Positions 1 to 12,300 are shown, counted from the stretch's first letter. The stretch: DNA of 64,000 bases from Eledone cirrhosa (GCA_964016885.1 OZ024743.1:145700001-145764000), one strand, 5' to 3'. A program made the numbers and translations. Notes: generated by a model from the letters alone, not told the origin.

Positions 1-137
1 TGATATAGAGAGAAGGCCCATTCACTCGGGCCATTCTCGCCACTTTCACCCACCTTTCATAAAACTTGCTGGGGTACAGCACCTCTCTCTCCATCCTGAT
101 TCTTCTTCCAAAGTGGTATTTGAAAAAAAAGAATCAG
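1..137 (-). mobile_element. Tx1/L1-clade LINE fragment (ORF2 C-terminus), cut by window start
   Basis: Closely matches 14205-14340, the region encoding ...RFYERWVKVARMARVNGPSLYI of the Tx1 copy. Confidence 0.85.
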
Positions 138-155
138 GTATGTATACTTTAATAT

Positions 156-253
156 AGGTGATGAATTAGAAGAGTCGTGATGACGTCGGATAGAATGCTT
201 TTTTGTATTCGTTCCGGCTCTCTGCTCTCTGAGTTCAAATCTCACCGAGGTCA

Positions 254-292
<39 letters not shown>

Positions 293-293
293 G

Positions 294-345
<52 letters not shown>

Positions 346-365
346 CACCACTACTACTACTACTG

Positions 366-405
<40 letters not shown>

Positions 406-690
406 CACCACTACTACTACCACCACTACTACTACTACTACAACTACTACTACTACTACTACTTTCATTCTTTCGAAGTCGATTAAAAAAAATACCAGTC
501 TAGTACTGGGGTCGATCCTTCCTCTATATCTCTTTTTCATTTTCCTCTCTCTCACACTTTCTATCTTTCTCTGGAAGAAATCTGCTGTACACAGGCCTGG
601 GGAGGGATGGGCTCCATCAGGCTTAAAATGCCCAAGAAACGCCGTATGTCAATACGGCGCTCCTACGACTCTATCAGGAGTTACGGGACC
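156..690 (+). mobile_element. tRNA-derived SINE with internal microsatellite and ~130 bp 3' tail
   Basis: B-box GAGTTCAAATC and body tttcattctttcgaagtcgat...taccagt...ctggggtcgat shared with many copies in the window; tail 565-690 matches 1128-1250, 1850-1975 and 28752-28840. Confidence 0.8.
254..463 (+). repeat. (CTA/CCA)n trinucleotide microsatellite
   Basis: Directly visible; source of the poly-L and poly-V ORFs. Confidence 0.97.
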
Positions 691-1127
691 ATACTATACC
701 ATACTTTAATATATGATACATTTAAAAATTATCTTTATTATTTTCATTGAATTATAGAGTGTTGGAATGACAGATTAAATAAGTGCTGGATTAAATATCT
801 TGTGGTACCCAGTTACCTTCCCTTATGTTCTGAGTCCTAATTCCGATCCTTCTCTCCCCACAAACATACATCTCCGTAATCGACATTGACATTATTTCTG
901 AGGTGGTTAAAAAAATCTCTCTTATATAACTGTATGACCTTACATCAATGTAAGAAACCATTTTTGATGAATTTTTTGCTGAAATGTCGAACCTGTTTAA
1001 ATGATTTACTGTTCCTGGTTCCTAAAACTCCAGTTTAAATCCCTCCACGTTGGTTTTGTCTGTCAACCTTTAGGGATATCCATCCTCTTATCTATTTTTT
1101 GACATGCATGTATGATTGTATGAATGG

Positions 1128-1440
1128 ACCTGTAACTCATGATGAAGTCGCAGGAGTGCCGTCGTGATATACGGCGTGTTTTAGGCACTTTCAACATGGC
1201 GGAACTCATCTCCTCTCCAGGTCGGATCAGCTGATTTCTTCCAGAGAAGACGGGAAGGGTGGCTTGAGAAAGATATATAAAGGACGAATCAATTCCGGTA
1301 TTGGACTGGTACTTTTTTTATCGACTTCGAAAAGATAAAAGAAGTTTACTTCGACTGGATTTGAACTCAAAGAGCGTAGAGAGCCGGAACGAATACTTGA
1401 AATTATTCTATCCGTTCTAATGACTTTGCCAATTTGCTTC
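1128..1440 (-). mobile_element. tRNA-derived SINE with 3' tail
   Basis: ggatttgaactca (reverse B-box), actggtactt...tatcgac body, tail homologous to 565-690. Confidence 0.75.
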
Positions 1441-1584
1441 ACTTCAATTACTATGTTAATAGCCAAAGGAATAATAGTAATCATTATTGTTGTTTTTGTT
1501 CGTCAGAAAAATTCTGAATTATAAAGAAAAATGGTGGATTACATAAAATGGTCCTTAATCATAAGCTCTCCACTCCGCGAACAA

Positions 1585-1795
1585 CGAATGAAGGAGCCTG
1601 GTCACTCTCTCTCTCTGCTAAAATAACAGTCAAATCATCCTCAAACCAAACCAACAACGTCTTTAAAATGAACACATTGGATAATGTAGTCAAGGATACA
1701 CTATTCATAAAAGAAAAGATGGAGTGGTTACGATTGAAAGATGTTTGATCCTAGGTATGTTGGATGACGGCTGACTTGGGACTAGACAATAACTC
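1585..1795 (+). repeat. Dispersed repeat family (also ~7600-7680, 27010-27215, 42260-42460, 43790-43990, 51795-51960)
   Basis: Shared motifs ggtcactc..ctgctagaaatagcag-like, ggataatgtagtcc and ggaatg across copies in both orientations; class not determined. Confidence 0.6.
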
Positions 1796-1849
1796 CAACC
1801 CAAGAAGTTTAAATATCGATATACATGTCATTGAATATATATATCTTTC

Positions 1850-2185
1850 TCCCGTAACTCCTGGAGGAATCGTAGGGGCGCCATATTGACATACGGCGTT
1901 TGTGTGGCATTTTTAAACTTGGCGGAGCCCATTACTCTCCAGGACTGAATATATCAGATTTCTTCCGGAGAAGGGTAGATAGTGAGAAAGAGGAAATGAG
2001 AAAGAGATATAAAGAAGAATCTACTCCAGTACTTGACTGGTAGTTTTTTTTTTATTTTTATCGATCTTGAAAGGATGAAAGGCAAAATTGACTTCGCGGA
2101 GGGATTTGAAATCAGAAAGCAGAGAGCCGAAACGATTACCGCAAAGCCTTCTATCCGATGTTCTAATGACTCTGCCAATTCGCCT
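1850..2185 (-). mobile_element. tRNA-derived SINE with 3' tail
   Basis: aggatgaaaggcaaa...gggatttgaa...tctgccaattcgcc head plus the conserved tail at 1850-1975. Confidence 0.8.
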
Positions 2186-2439
2186 GTACTAAATCTTAAA
2201 ACAGAAATACTGCTAACATCAATTCTACAATTCTGCAAAAAAAATTTACAAAACTTTGTATGAAATCCTTCATGTTCAAAATTGAACTTTTATAAGAAAG
2301 CGAAGCTTTATTGAAATATAAAATAAATGACTTTACAATTCATTAACGTTTGCACATTTAAAAAAAAAAGACGAAAACGGAAGAGAAAAAAAAACATTAA
2401 ATAGCTAAAGAAAGTGAAAGGATGATAATCGCCAGACTT

Positions 2440-2570
2440 TCACCCTAGTCTAAGGGTTGTATCTCAGCTGCACTCCTCCCGATTTGGGAGAGGAAAACGG
2501 CGGTTCAGGGACCGAGGACCACAGAGGTCTCGACAGTGACCGGCATGGAAAGGAATCGGTCGGCCATGTC
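2440..2570 (-). mobile_element. Fragment of CRE-like LINE (restriction-like endonuclease end)
   Basis: Translates ...ADRFLSMPVTVETSVVLGP..., matching TDHFIFVSVAVETSGVFGP at ~40280-40340. Confidence 0.65.
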
Positions 2571-3342
2571 TCTTTTATAATACACACCTTAAATTAAAGA
2601 AACTGCATTTTAATAGAAATTGAAACTTAGTTTCTCGGCTATATACAACTTATAATCCTATATTCCGCTCTTTTAAAAAGATGCCCCAAATTAATTTTTT
2701 AATCTATTCCATGACCTTTGTACATCCCCTAGAAACGGTAATATTGATGTATTTGATATCCAATTATTGTAGAAGAGGCAAGGAACGGAAAGAGTGCTGT
2801 TGTGCGTGTGTTGGTGAGGGAAGTTTTACCAACAAACTGAATTACCTCCTTTGAGATGCAGCTTCAACATAAACACCAAACAAGGAAGGGCAAACAGTTT
2901 TGATTTTTTTTTTAATGAGATATTGTAAATCTATTATTAAAGGCAATGTTCTAAGACTGTCTTCTAGAACATTGCTATATTTAAATAACATAAAATATAA
3001 TTTAAAATGTAGCTTAAATAACATAAAATATGAAATATAATCACGTTTACGTTCGTAAATATTATATAGAAAATATAAAAAGTAAAAATTTTAAAAAACA
3101 AATTTCAAAAAAATATTTTTTAATATTACAGAAATTGGTAATTCCATTTATTTTACAGACTCTACCTATGATTACTCGAATATTTTTACTTGTGATGAGT
3201 ATAAATATTGCAACTTTATTTGCAAGGGAAGAAATACATTTATTTGTGTATATATGTGTGTATAATATTTTTTACACCACACATATAAACACGTGTGCGC
3301 ATACACACAAAGCTTTTCCTACCTCAGCCATATTATTACAAT

Positions 3343-3535
3343 AAGGGCGGTGGATTGGCAGTATCTGTAGAGGTCGGACGCCATGCTGTGCAACATAGAG
3401 TTACGTCCCTTTATTATCTGAGTTCAAATCCCGCCGAGGTTAACTTTGACTTTCATCCTTACGGGGTCTATAAAATAAAGCACCAGTAATGTATTGGGTA
3501 ATTGCTGGTCTTGTGCCAAAAGTAGAAACAATTAT
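3343..3535 (+). mobile_element. tRNA-derived SINE
   Basis: ggcggtggattggcagta head, GAGTTCAAATCCC B-box, 3' end tgtgccaaaagtagaaacaattatta. Confidence 0.85.
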
Positions 3536-3544
3536 TACAATAAG

Positions 3545-3900
3545 TTCACCTTCCAATCACAAGATCCCGAGTTCTGACCCGATATTTGTCTCTGTAAATA
3601 ATTATTTCTCCAAAGATAATCATACAATAAATTATTAAGATATCGTTTTTATCTTTAACCTCTCCCACGTGCCATTAATCAACAAACACTAAAGAATTTT
3701 TTCTTATATAAACCATTAAATTATCAAAACACAAATTTCCCAGCCAGTGTATCTGATCATATATCCGATAATTCTGATATATATGGAATACCAATCCTAG
3801 ACTGCACAAATTAAATACGCCCAATGTTATTGCCGTCGTTATTGACGACACGGGTCCACTAGTAAAGAAATAATTATTGCAACCTCTAACATAAAAAAAA
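3545..3900 (-). mobile_element. Old L1/Tx1-like ORF2 C-terminal relic (homologous to ~26430-26805)
   Basis: Two diverged copies align by eye; minus-strand translation (KDKNDILIIYCMIIFGEIIIYRDK) resembles L1-clade ORF2 termini; stops and frameshifts present. Confidence 0.4.
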
Positions 3901-4582
3901 AACAGTTCCATAAAAAAATTACACAAGTAGAAGGCAATTAATGTTATGTTATGAGGAAGAAATAAAGGGGTGTTCAAAGTTTTAGAGAATGGTCTTTCAT
4001 CATGAACAAACAAAGAAGAAAAATAGGAAAATTTCGGGAAAAGCAGTTTACAATGAAAACCGTGGTGAAATAATTAACAGGACTGGATGGAGAAGAACTA
4101 TATTTTAGAGAAAAAAGACAGTATTACTGCCAAAGGAGATTAAGGTGCATTGTGTGTGTGTGTGTGTGTGTGGTGAGTATTGCAGCTGAAGTACATAGTC
4201 TCCAAATTCATGACCTTTGATGTGTTTACTAGCATGCGTCAACACACACTGGACCTTTTTAATATTGGGAATAGTTTAAGATGGCTTAACAATTATAGGG
4301 CTGAACTTTTTACCAAAGTTTGCTCCCTTCCGGGCTTTCTTTTGGGTCTCGGGATACGAAACCTTTGTACATCCATCCCACGCCTCCCATGGCAGATCGC
4401 AGGCCCATCGTCAGTTCTTGCAGCGTTGGATGGAAACTGCGATATATTTTTCGAACAGGCTCCTCTACTTAAGGCCTGAATGTGTCCCTTGTTTTCCCGC
4501 TCGAATGACATCTATTATGAATACCTTGTTCTAGCACAAAGACATTGATAAATACACATGGTACAAGGAGAATCGGGAACAG

Positions 4583-4786
4583 AGATCAATAATTGTTTCT
4601 ACTTTTGTCACAAGGCCAGCAATTACCCAGTGCATTACTGGTACTTTATTTTATCGACCCCGTAAAGATGAAAGGCAAAGTTAACCTCGACGGGATTTGA
4701 ACTCAGAATGGCAAAGGCCGTAACTCTATGCGTCAAAGCATGGCGTCCGACCCTCTACCGATACTGCCAATCCAGATCAATAATTG
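4583..4786 (-). mobile_element. tRNA-derived SINE with 13-bp target-site duplication
   Basis: SINE body flanked by agatcaataattg at 4583-4595 and 4774-4786. Confidence 0.9.
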
Positions 4787-4799
4787 ATTTTGTCTCTGA

Positions 4800-6240
4800 T
4801 CTCTTCGCTTCTGTACTGAATATTCGTGTTTAGAGAGGAATTGATCTGTCAACTGATCACCATCTAATTGTCAGTAACCTGAGACTACCTCACACCACGA
4901 AAACCCACAAAACTTGGAGGTCCAGCTTGACCAACAAGATAAAGTGGGAAGCGCTGGTGAATAAGTCAGGAACAGGTATGCGGATACTATTGCATCCCAA
5001 TTCAGAGAACTCCCTTAGCAAAATGAGGACGTTGAAACTGACTGTTCAGCTCAGCAGATTCTGCTTCAGTTGAAATAACATTGAAAATAAGTCCAAAGAT
5101 AACACATGGGAAGACTTTGAGGTTAAGCTGGAATCCGACTTCAAATCAGCAAAGAAAGCGCTCTGGCTGACCATCCGCCGATATCGTAATAAGAGGTCCT
5201 CCTCAACACCTACTATCAAGAACGTGCATCATCGTGAGGTGGAGAGAATACTTTGCTGATCTCCTAAACCCGTTCACAACAGCATATTCTGATGTACACG
5301 AGGTGCATCTGGGAGCGATGGCTTACCTCTTAGAGACTGAGGTCATAAGACTAATTAAAATGCTCAAATGTGGACAAAGCCACTGAGGAGGATGAAATTC
5401 GGCCCCAGGTGTTAAAAGTCTTAGATAGAGAAGGTATTCTCTGGCTGACTCGTGTATGTCGAGTGGGCTAGATCTCTGAAAAGGCACCTAAACAATGGCA
5501 ATCGGGAGTGATAAACCCAATTTTCAAAAAGTGAGACAAGAGAAATTGCTCCAATTACCGAGGGATCTCCTTGTTAAGCCTCCCTGGTAAAGTCTATGCT
5601 AAGTGTCTGGCAAAGAGATGTAGGCAGATTGTCGAGCCCAATCTAGCTAACAAACAGTGTTATTTTCGCCCCGGACGCAGCACAGCCGAACAAATATTCA
5701 CACTGCGGCAGGTCTTTAATAAGTCGTGGGAGTATTACCAAAAGTTATATGCGTGTTTCGTATGACTGCGTTCCACGGGACTAGTTCTGGAAGGTTCTGC
5801 GTGAGTATAGGATCGATGGACAGCTTCTTGTTGCCCTGATCTTTTCATATGAATGCCCTGGTATTTGTGTTCGGATAAATGGTGCTAAATCAAAAACATT
5901 CAATGTGGGAGTCGGACTCCATCAAGGATGCGTACTGTTACCTCTCTTGTTCATATCTTCATGGACATGATTTGCATGCGCAGCCGGGTTTCAAGTAGTA
6001 TCAAGACTGGTGGGGCTGGAATTTGTGGACGACATGGTCTTACTTAACTTGTCAGAAGGTGATTTCCGACATGCACTAGATAGGTTTGCTATCGAGTGCT
6101 GCACGGCATAAATGAAAATCAGTGCTGCGAAGCCTGAGACACACGTCTTCTCAAAGAGGCCTGCGTAGTGCACTCTACATGTGAATGGAGTTCCTCTGAA
6201 ACAGGTGGAGAAGTTCAAGTATCTCGGGTCCATGTTCAGG
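4800..6240 (+). mobile_element. Decayed RTE-clade LINE (end of APE domain + reverse transcriptase)
   Basis: Motifs STDHHLIV, NYRGISLLSLPGKVY, FRPGRST-EQIFTLRQ, GLHQGCVL, FVDD, QVEKFKYLG; multiple stops and frameshifts. Confidence 0.85.
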
Positions 6241-7374
6241 AGTCACTCCAATTCTCTTCGTAGCACACACACTTCCCCGCACAAACACACACATACACGC
6301 ACATTACAACCCCTTGGGATTTATCTACTTTTGCTAAATCACATGTATACACAATACCCTTGCACACCTTATCTTGACAGTAAAACACTCTTTCCGTTGT
6401 AAGCCCCTAATCCATTAAACCGACTTCAGTTGATTATTTCACTATGTAGTCTTCATAGGGTAAACACTACTTTTCACGAAATTTTCTCTCTCTTTTTCCT
6501 CCCCTGCTTGTTCTTGATGAAACACCATTGTCTAAAACTTTGAACTCGAACTCGCATTTTTTCTTCTTTGGAATGTAAAATTAGTTACTTTCTACTTTTG
6601 TCTTTTTGTTTGTTTTTGTTTTTGTTGCTGAAATAGTTTTGGATATTTTATTGCCATGCACTGACGCAAGCATCCATATTGCCACTGGGTTGAAATTACG
6701 TTAACATTTAACAAAACTTGCATAGTTATTTAGTAGGCTGCCTTTTAGTAACTTTTTAAATAGTTTCTACTACTCAAAATTAATGAATAATTTCTTCCAT
6801 ATATTTAGGAGAGTGTATTTGAAAAATGTTTCTTTTATTTTTATTTATTCATTTATTTGTAAAACCGGTATGTGGAAACACTTCTTAATATATTTCTATT
6901 TTGTTTTGTGCCCGGATGATCTACTATTGAGCTAGAGGTTTATATTAACATTTTGGATAGTTATTATCTATAACTTCATGTATAAATAAGGAAGCATTGA
7001 CATTAAACAAATCCCTTATAGTCAAAATATCTTGCTTTTTAACGCGCCTATTTTATTGTGTACTGTCCTTATGGCTAAATTCATATGTTATTCAGAGCAT
7101 TTTAATATCGATTTGTGAGTATTTCCCTCAAGTATCATCCTTTAAATACTACACCGAGAAAAATAGAAAACTATTAATGCAGTTGAGGAAGGAAATGTTT
7201 TACATTTTTTGTAGCAATGATAACTTTTGAAATGTTGAATTTGTTTGAATTAACACGTTCAGTTCACTTAATTTTAATTAATTTAAATTTCAAGGATGAC
7301 TCTTTTGCTATTTTTGGTCAAAATTAACCATTCAGCTAATGATGCTATCTCCTCGTACCTGGTAATGAATTACC

Positions 7375-7460
7375 TTCCAGCGAATCAGCGACGCATACTC
7401 AATTCAGTGTCCTCCTATTCAACCGGTACCGTTCTTGATGATGAGCGCACACGCATTAGA
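7375..7460 (+). mobile_element. Fragment of CRE-like LINE
   Basis: NSVSSYSTGTVLDDERTRI matches NSVPSSSTGTLLDDECTCI read on the minus strand at ~40715-40775. Confidence 0.6.
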
Positions 7461-7698
7461 GGGCCCAGCACCTTAGTCTCCGCATATTTCCTTTTATTTC
7501 ACTTTCAACTTCCGTTCTATGAATGGATAGATCCTACCTGATTTTATATCCTACTTTACTTCTTCTTTATAAACTCCTCTTATAAACTTTTGAGTTTTAC
7601 CTGTTCATTCGACCTGATAGAAATAACAGATAAATCTCCCTCAAATCACATTATAACGTCTTTGAAAGACGGAATTGTAATTAGTTTTAGATATGCTA

Positions 7699-7947
7699 TC
7701 AGTAATATAATAAAAACCGTGTGTATTTGTCCGTAACGCACTAGAGGTGACCGAGGAAGGAAGGGGGGATTACGTTGACTGAGGAAGAAGGGGTTTATGT
7801 GATGACTGAGGAAGGAAGTGGGGTGAGAAATTATAGAAGACAACGGTCTAAGATTTGTCACACTGTCAACAAACAAACATCTCTTTTTTATATTATGTAT
7901 AGATATTAGAATTATCCGTCATTTTTGACGGCACGGGGACAGGTAGT
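7699..7947 (+). mobile_element. Possible small non-autonomous Helitron
   Basis: 5' a|TCagtaatataataaaa; 3' hairpin ccgtca-tttt-tgacgg followed by gtag|t (not a perfect CTAG). Confidence 0.35.
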
Positions 7948-8676
7948 GTCTTAATAAAGGACATGAAGCAAGCTAATGGAATATTTTTGTTAACAGGTCT
8001 AATTGTCAGGGCTGACTTATGGGAAGCTAAACAACAACCCCTCGAGACCTTCAGCCATCTTACTGATCATACATCAGCTTAACCCCTCAGCCGATTGTCA
8101 CGGTTCAGTTAATGTTAAATTCTCAAGATTAAGTTACAATGTAGAAGGGATATCGAATGATTGGATCGAGTCAATTACAGATAGTTCAATAAATTGCCAA
8201 TTTTATTTCAAAAAGCATAAAAAACTCAAACCTTAACAAATTAGGATCAAATTAACCTGCATTCATGAAGATGTCATTAGTATAAACTAGTGATTATAGT
8301 TAATCTAATGATCTCTAATTTATAAAGTTCCTTGGACAAATGATAAACATCTCGTTTCGTTAACACAGCTGTTGTTAAATTGGTTACCGAAATTAGGAAA
8401 GCCTAGAAAATAATTTCATATCCATTATCTGGTTTATATGTTCAATCCTAGCCTATGCAGGGCAATCAATTATTCCGTTCAAATCAATTCTATTTCAAAA
8501 CTAATTATTTCTCACGACTGTTCTCATACTTTCCTTGTTTGGATTTCACTTACACACCGTCATCGATAATGGGCTACATTGTAACTTAACTCTTTGCCTC
8601 ACCTTATCGATAAATATTCGCTGGTGGTATTGGTTATTCCTTTTTTCACCTAGCCCTTTTTCTCCTCTTCCAACCT

Positions 8677-8679
<3 letters not shown>

Positions 8680-8733
<54 letters not shown>
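8680..8733 (+). repeat. (TC)n microsatellite
   Basis: Directly visible. Confidence 0.97.
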
Positions 8734-8736
<3 letters not shown>

Positions 8737-8949
8737 ACGAATGCCTACAGCTCACTCAAACAGCTTAATTCTGGTTGGTTTCTATGACAATAAACAGAAG
8801 AAACTTTCCCTCCACATATAAACACACATACAGACGAACATAAATACACATACTTCAGACACACATACATATGCACGGGCACAAAATGTTTAAATAACAC
8901 AGATTTCGCGTAAAAAAAAACAGCCCCACCCACACACATTTTTATAACT

Positions 8950-9243
8950 GGGTAAAGGGTCAAGACTCCCTTCGGTCACGAATGATTTGCAGCTAGAAAT
9001 TTCCCCTCCGAGGCACAAGTCCGGGAAAGGTTGTTTGTAGAAGACCAGCAGTCGCCCATGCACACCAGTCTCCCTTCTCCACACCATTGATGATGTCCAA
9101 GGGAAAGGCAAAGGCCGATACAGATTAGCACCAGTGACATCACAACTCATTTCTACAGCTGAGTGAACTGGGGCAACGTGAAATAAAGTATTTTGCTCAA
9201 GAACACAACGCAAAGCCCGGTCCGAGAATCGAACTCACAAACC
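8950..9243 (-). mobile_element. Second tRNA-derived SINE family (CORE-like central domain)
   Basis: Minus strand gagttcgattctc B-box then gtgttcttgagcaaaatacttta...gttgccccagttcactcagctg; related to 62830-62945. Confidence 0.7.
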
Positions 9244-9839
9244 CATGCATGCACGCATATGTCCTCACTTTAGCTTATTGTCACTCTTAGAATTTCTACT
9301 GGCCTGTACACTCCTCTAAAGCGTATAGACAATAATAAAATTTGAAAATTTCCTTGAAAAATCACATCCCCAAAGCGAAATTTTAATTTTTGGAGAGTGT
9401 AATGCATACAATCCATTTTAGAATACCACCGCCAGGGAAAAATTGCAGCATAAAAGATGAATATCTCTTAGAAACTATGAATAAATATAACTTTATTTTA
9501 CGTAAATACCAGGCTCGTCAAACTACAGACATTTTAATAACAGAACCTCAACAATAGACCATTTACTGTCCACCCTATCAACCTCTCTTTTTATAGAAAA
9601 CTAGAAATTAGAGCACAAAAGGATCATGTCACCATTACTTTTAGTATTATAATTTCTTTAATTAATAAAAATAATAGCCAAACAAATCAAACAAAGAAAA
9701 TATCAATTTCACAAGACTGACTAGACAAAGTTTACTTATTATTTAGAAGCAATATCTAATCAGCTGAAGAACTAAGAATGAATCAACAAATAATTGTTGA
9801 CGAAGTATAAGGTACGAATGCGAAGAAAACCCCTGTTAT

Positions 9840-9975
9840 GGAGTACCATGAAAAAAAGAGCCCCAAAACGGGGAGAAATGGGGCAAAATGGGGAGATTTT
9901 ACATAATGAAAGCTATACCCATTTTCAAGTGGGTGGGAGATTTCCCCGACTGAGGGGGAAAGTTGACAGGTGTGC
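9840..9975 (-). mobile_element. MITE fragment (family of 48922-49102)
   Basis: Reverse-complement match to 48922-49070, including terminal gttgacagg. Confidence 0.65.
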
Positions 9976-10014
9976 CTATGTCAATCCGAATAAAAATAAC
10001 AATAGTAAAGATAA

Positions 10015-10460
10015 CTATGATTTCCGCTATAGGCACAAGGTCAGCAGTTTGGGAGGAGTGAAAAGTCGATTACATCGAACCCAGTGCATGACTGGTGCTT
10101 TATTTTATCGACCCTGTAAGGATGAAAGGCAAAGCTAACCTCAACTGGATTTGAACTCATAACGTAAAGGGCCATAACTCTATACCACAAAACTTGTTGT
10201 CCGGCGCTCTACCGATACTGCCAATCAGTAAAAATAACTATAATGGTTTCTTATATAGGCGCAAGGCCACCAATTTTGGGGGAGGAGAAAGTCGATTAAA
10301 ACGACCCCAGTACGTGACTGGTACTTTATTTTATAGACCTCGTAAGGATGAAATGCAAAGTTAGCCTCGGCGGGATTTGAACTCAGATCATAAAGGGTCG
10401 TGATTCTATGCTGCAACGCATGTTGTCTGACCCTCTACCGATACTGCCAATCTACCGCCC
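10015..10460 (-). mobile_element. Two tandem tRNA-derived SINEs
   Basis: Two consecutive bodies (~10015-10224 and ~10240-10460), each with ggatttgaactca and ccgatactgccaat. Confidence 0.85.
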
Positions 10461-10543
10461 TAGTAAAGATAAATATAATAAAACTCGATCGAGCGATGAA
10501 TAAAAAAGACTAAGAAAAGAGATGATCCAATCATTAATAGAAA

Positions 10544-11029
10544 CTAGCAGAAAAAGTGGTTTTCTGCTAGCATGTGTAGTGTGTATATTGATATTATACA
10601 CAAATATATATGCATGTAGATATGATACATCAAATAAAATCGTAATTGACAATGTACACAGAAATTGAACGAAGACGTTGTTACACTGTCTTATGTAATC
10701 AGTAACGTAATCCATGATATATTAAAAAAAGACGATATTATATATAAACTGCATTAGGAGAAAATTAGCGACGGAAATATATACGATATTTTTATAAGTG
10801 TTATAATATAACCGCCGCTAACCGGAAGTGTTGACATTTGAAAATGTTAAAGAAGTGAATCTTTAAATAAGCTATAAAATATATTTAATCAACAGCCACG
10901 AAATTTAGCACATAAATTATGTAATATTCATTCATTATTTATTCAAAGTAATCCAACTTATTTTACAAACGGGGTAAAAAAAATATATTCTGGACGCAGT
11001 CCCGCACTCCATCTTTATTATAGTTAAGA
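10544..11029 (-). mobile_element. Non-autonomous Helitron (inverted copy of 61469-62152)
   Basis: Minus strand a|TCttaactataataaag ... terminal palindrome ending CTAG|t; strong match to 61469-62152. Confidence 0.75.
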
Positions 11030-11527
11030 TTGAAATATCATCCAACAGATTCCAATTAGGAAATATATAAAGAAAAGTTTAAAAGGCAAATAAAACAAAC
11101 CAAAAGCTATTTCTGGTCTAGTAAGGCAAACCTTAAGTCCGTCGACAATATATGAAGCATATACACTTCAATGGTCAAACTAAAATCCTCCAAAACAAAC
11201 ACCTTTAAACTCTTTTTTCACTATTTGGGAAATCGTTTTCTATTTTGTTATTTTGGCGGGGATGGGGTGTATAAAAATAGTAAGATTAAACAAGCTATAG
11301 CTTATATACTTTTCACATATAAAACACCCTTTGGAGAAAATCTTTTGTATATAATGCGTACTTGACTTAGCTAGAATAAATTGGATGTAGCACTAACATA
11401 GCGTAATTCATAATAGAGGTGTATATGAAGATATATAAGGTATGTTTATGTATAATAAAGATATATAATTCTCGATATGACTATTTTAAGCTGTGATCAT
11501 GTCAGATCTATATCAGCTGCCGTATGA

Positions 11528-11576
11528 AAACGTCAGACTAGTGTTTCAGGATTTTTATCGTTCATCAGTGAGGTTT
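11528..11576 (-). ncRNA. Type I hammerhead ribozyme motif (minimal stem III)
   Basis: AAACCUCA-CUGAUGA-ACGAU aaaa AUCCU-GAAAC acua GUC-UGACGUUU: complete core, stem I 7/8 bp, GUC cleavage triplet. Confidence 0.75.
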
Positions 11577-11994
11577 ACTCACTGGCTACTGAGATTTAAA
11601 TAAGGTATTGCTTATATACTTTTTGCATATAAAACATCTGCTGGAGAAATTCATTTACATGTAGTGCGTGTTTGACTTGACTGGAATTAATAATATACAT
11701 AAACATATCATACATGCTTCCATATATACCTTTATCATGAATCGTGCTATTTTAGTGCTGCTACCAAATAATCCCAGCATATTCTTGTTTGTATATCTCT
11801 CCCCTTGATTTCCTCGTTTCTCCATGCTATCCTTGTCTTCTAAGTTTACTTTTTTGGGGACATTTTTTTCTATATTTTGTATATGAGTTTGGTTTAAATA
11901 TAATCTGCAATTTCGTCATTGGTCTCAGATTTCAAGGTTTGAAATCTGTTCTTGACATCTAAAAAAATCCAACGAAACAGATGCAGATATTGCG

Positions 11995-12220
11995 TAGTTA
12001 TCTGATCTAGCTAAGGGCGGTGAATTGGCAGTATCGGTAGAGAGTCGGACGCCATGCTTTGACGCATAGAGTTACGGCCCTTGCCATTCTGAGTTCAAAT
12101 CCCGCCGAGGTTAACTTTGCCTTTCATCCTTACGGGGTCGATAAAATAAAATACCAGTAATACAGTGGGTAATTTGCTGGCCTTGTGCCAAAAGTAGAAA
12201 TAGTTATCTGATCTAGCTAA
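11995..12220 (+). mobile_element. Young tRNA-derived SINE with 20-bp target-site duplication
   Basis: tagttatctgatctagctaa at 11995-12014 and 12201-12220 flanks an intact SINE body. Confidence 0.92.
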
Positions 12221-12300
12221 AGAAGGCCTACTACGGTTAAAAAGTGGGAATTGCAGCTGCGCAAATTGGCCTACACCTAAATGAGGCAAGAACTAAGTAA

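Noticed and set aside
177-555. Poly-Leu / poly-Val ORFs, and similar YI, CV, HT, LS repeat ORFs elsewhere
   Set aside because: Translations of microsatellites with no coding evidence.
3343-3440. A/B-box sequences as tRNA genes
   Set aside because: They are SINE heads: no complete cloverleaf and always followed by the SINE body.
4180-4511. GC-richer segment with ORFs on both strands
   Set aside because: Only a faint CR1/L2-like hint (EAWDGCTK...QKKARK); not enough for a call.
6505-6548. Hammerhead-like ttgatga...taaaac
   Set aside because: Both core boxes are mutated and no stems form.
10452-10715. Near-identical peptide MDYVTDYIRQC... here and at 61970-62152
   Set aside because: Explained by two copies of a non-coding Helitron; similarity extends equally outside the ORF.
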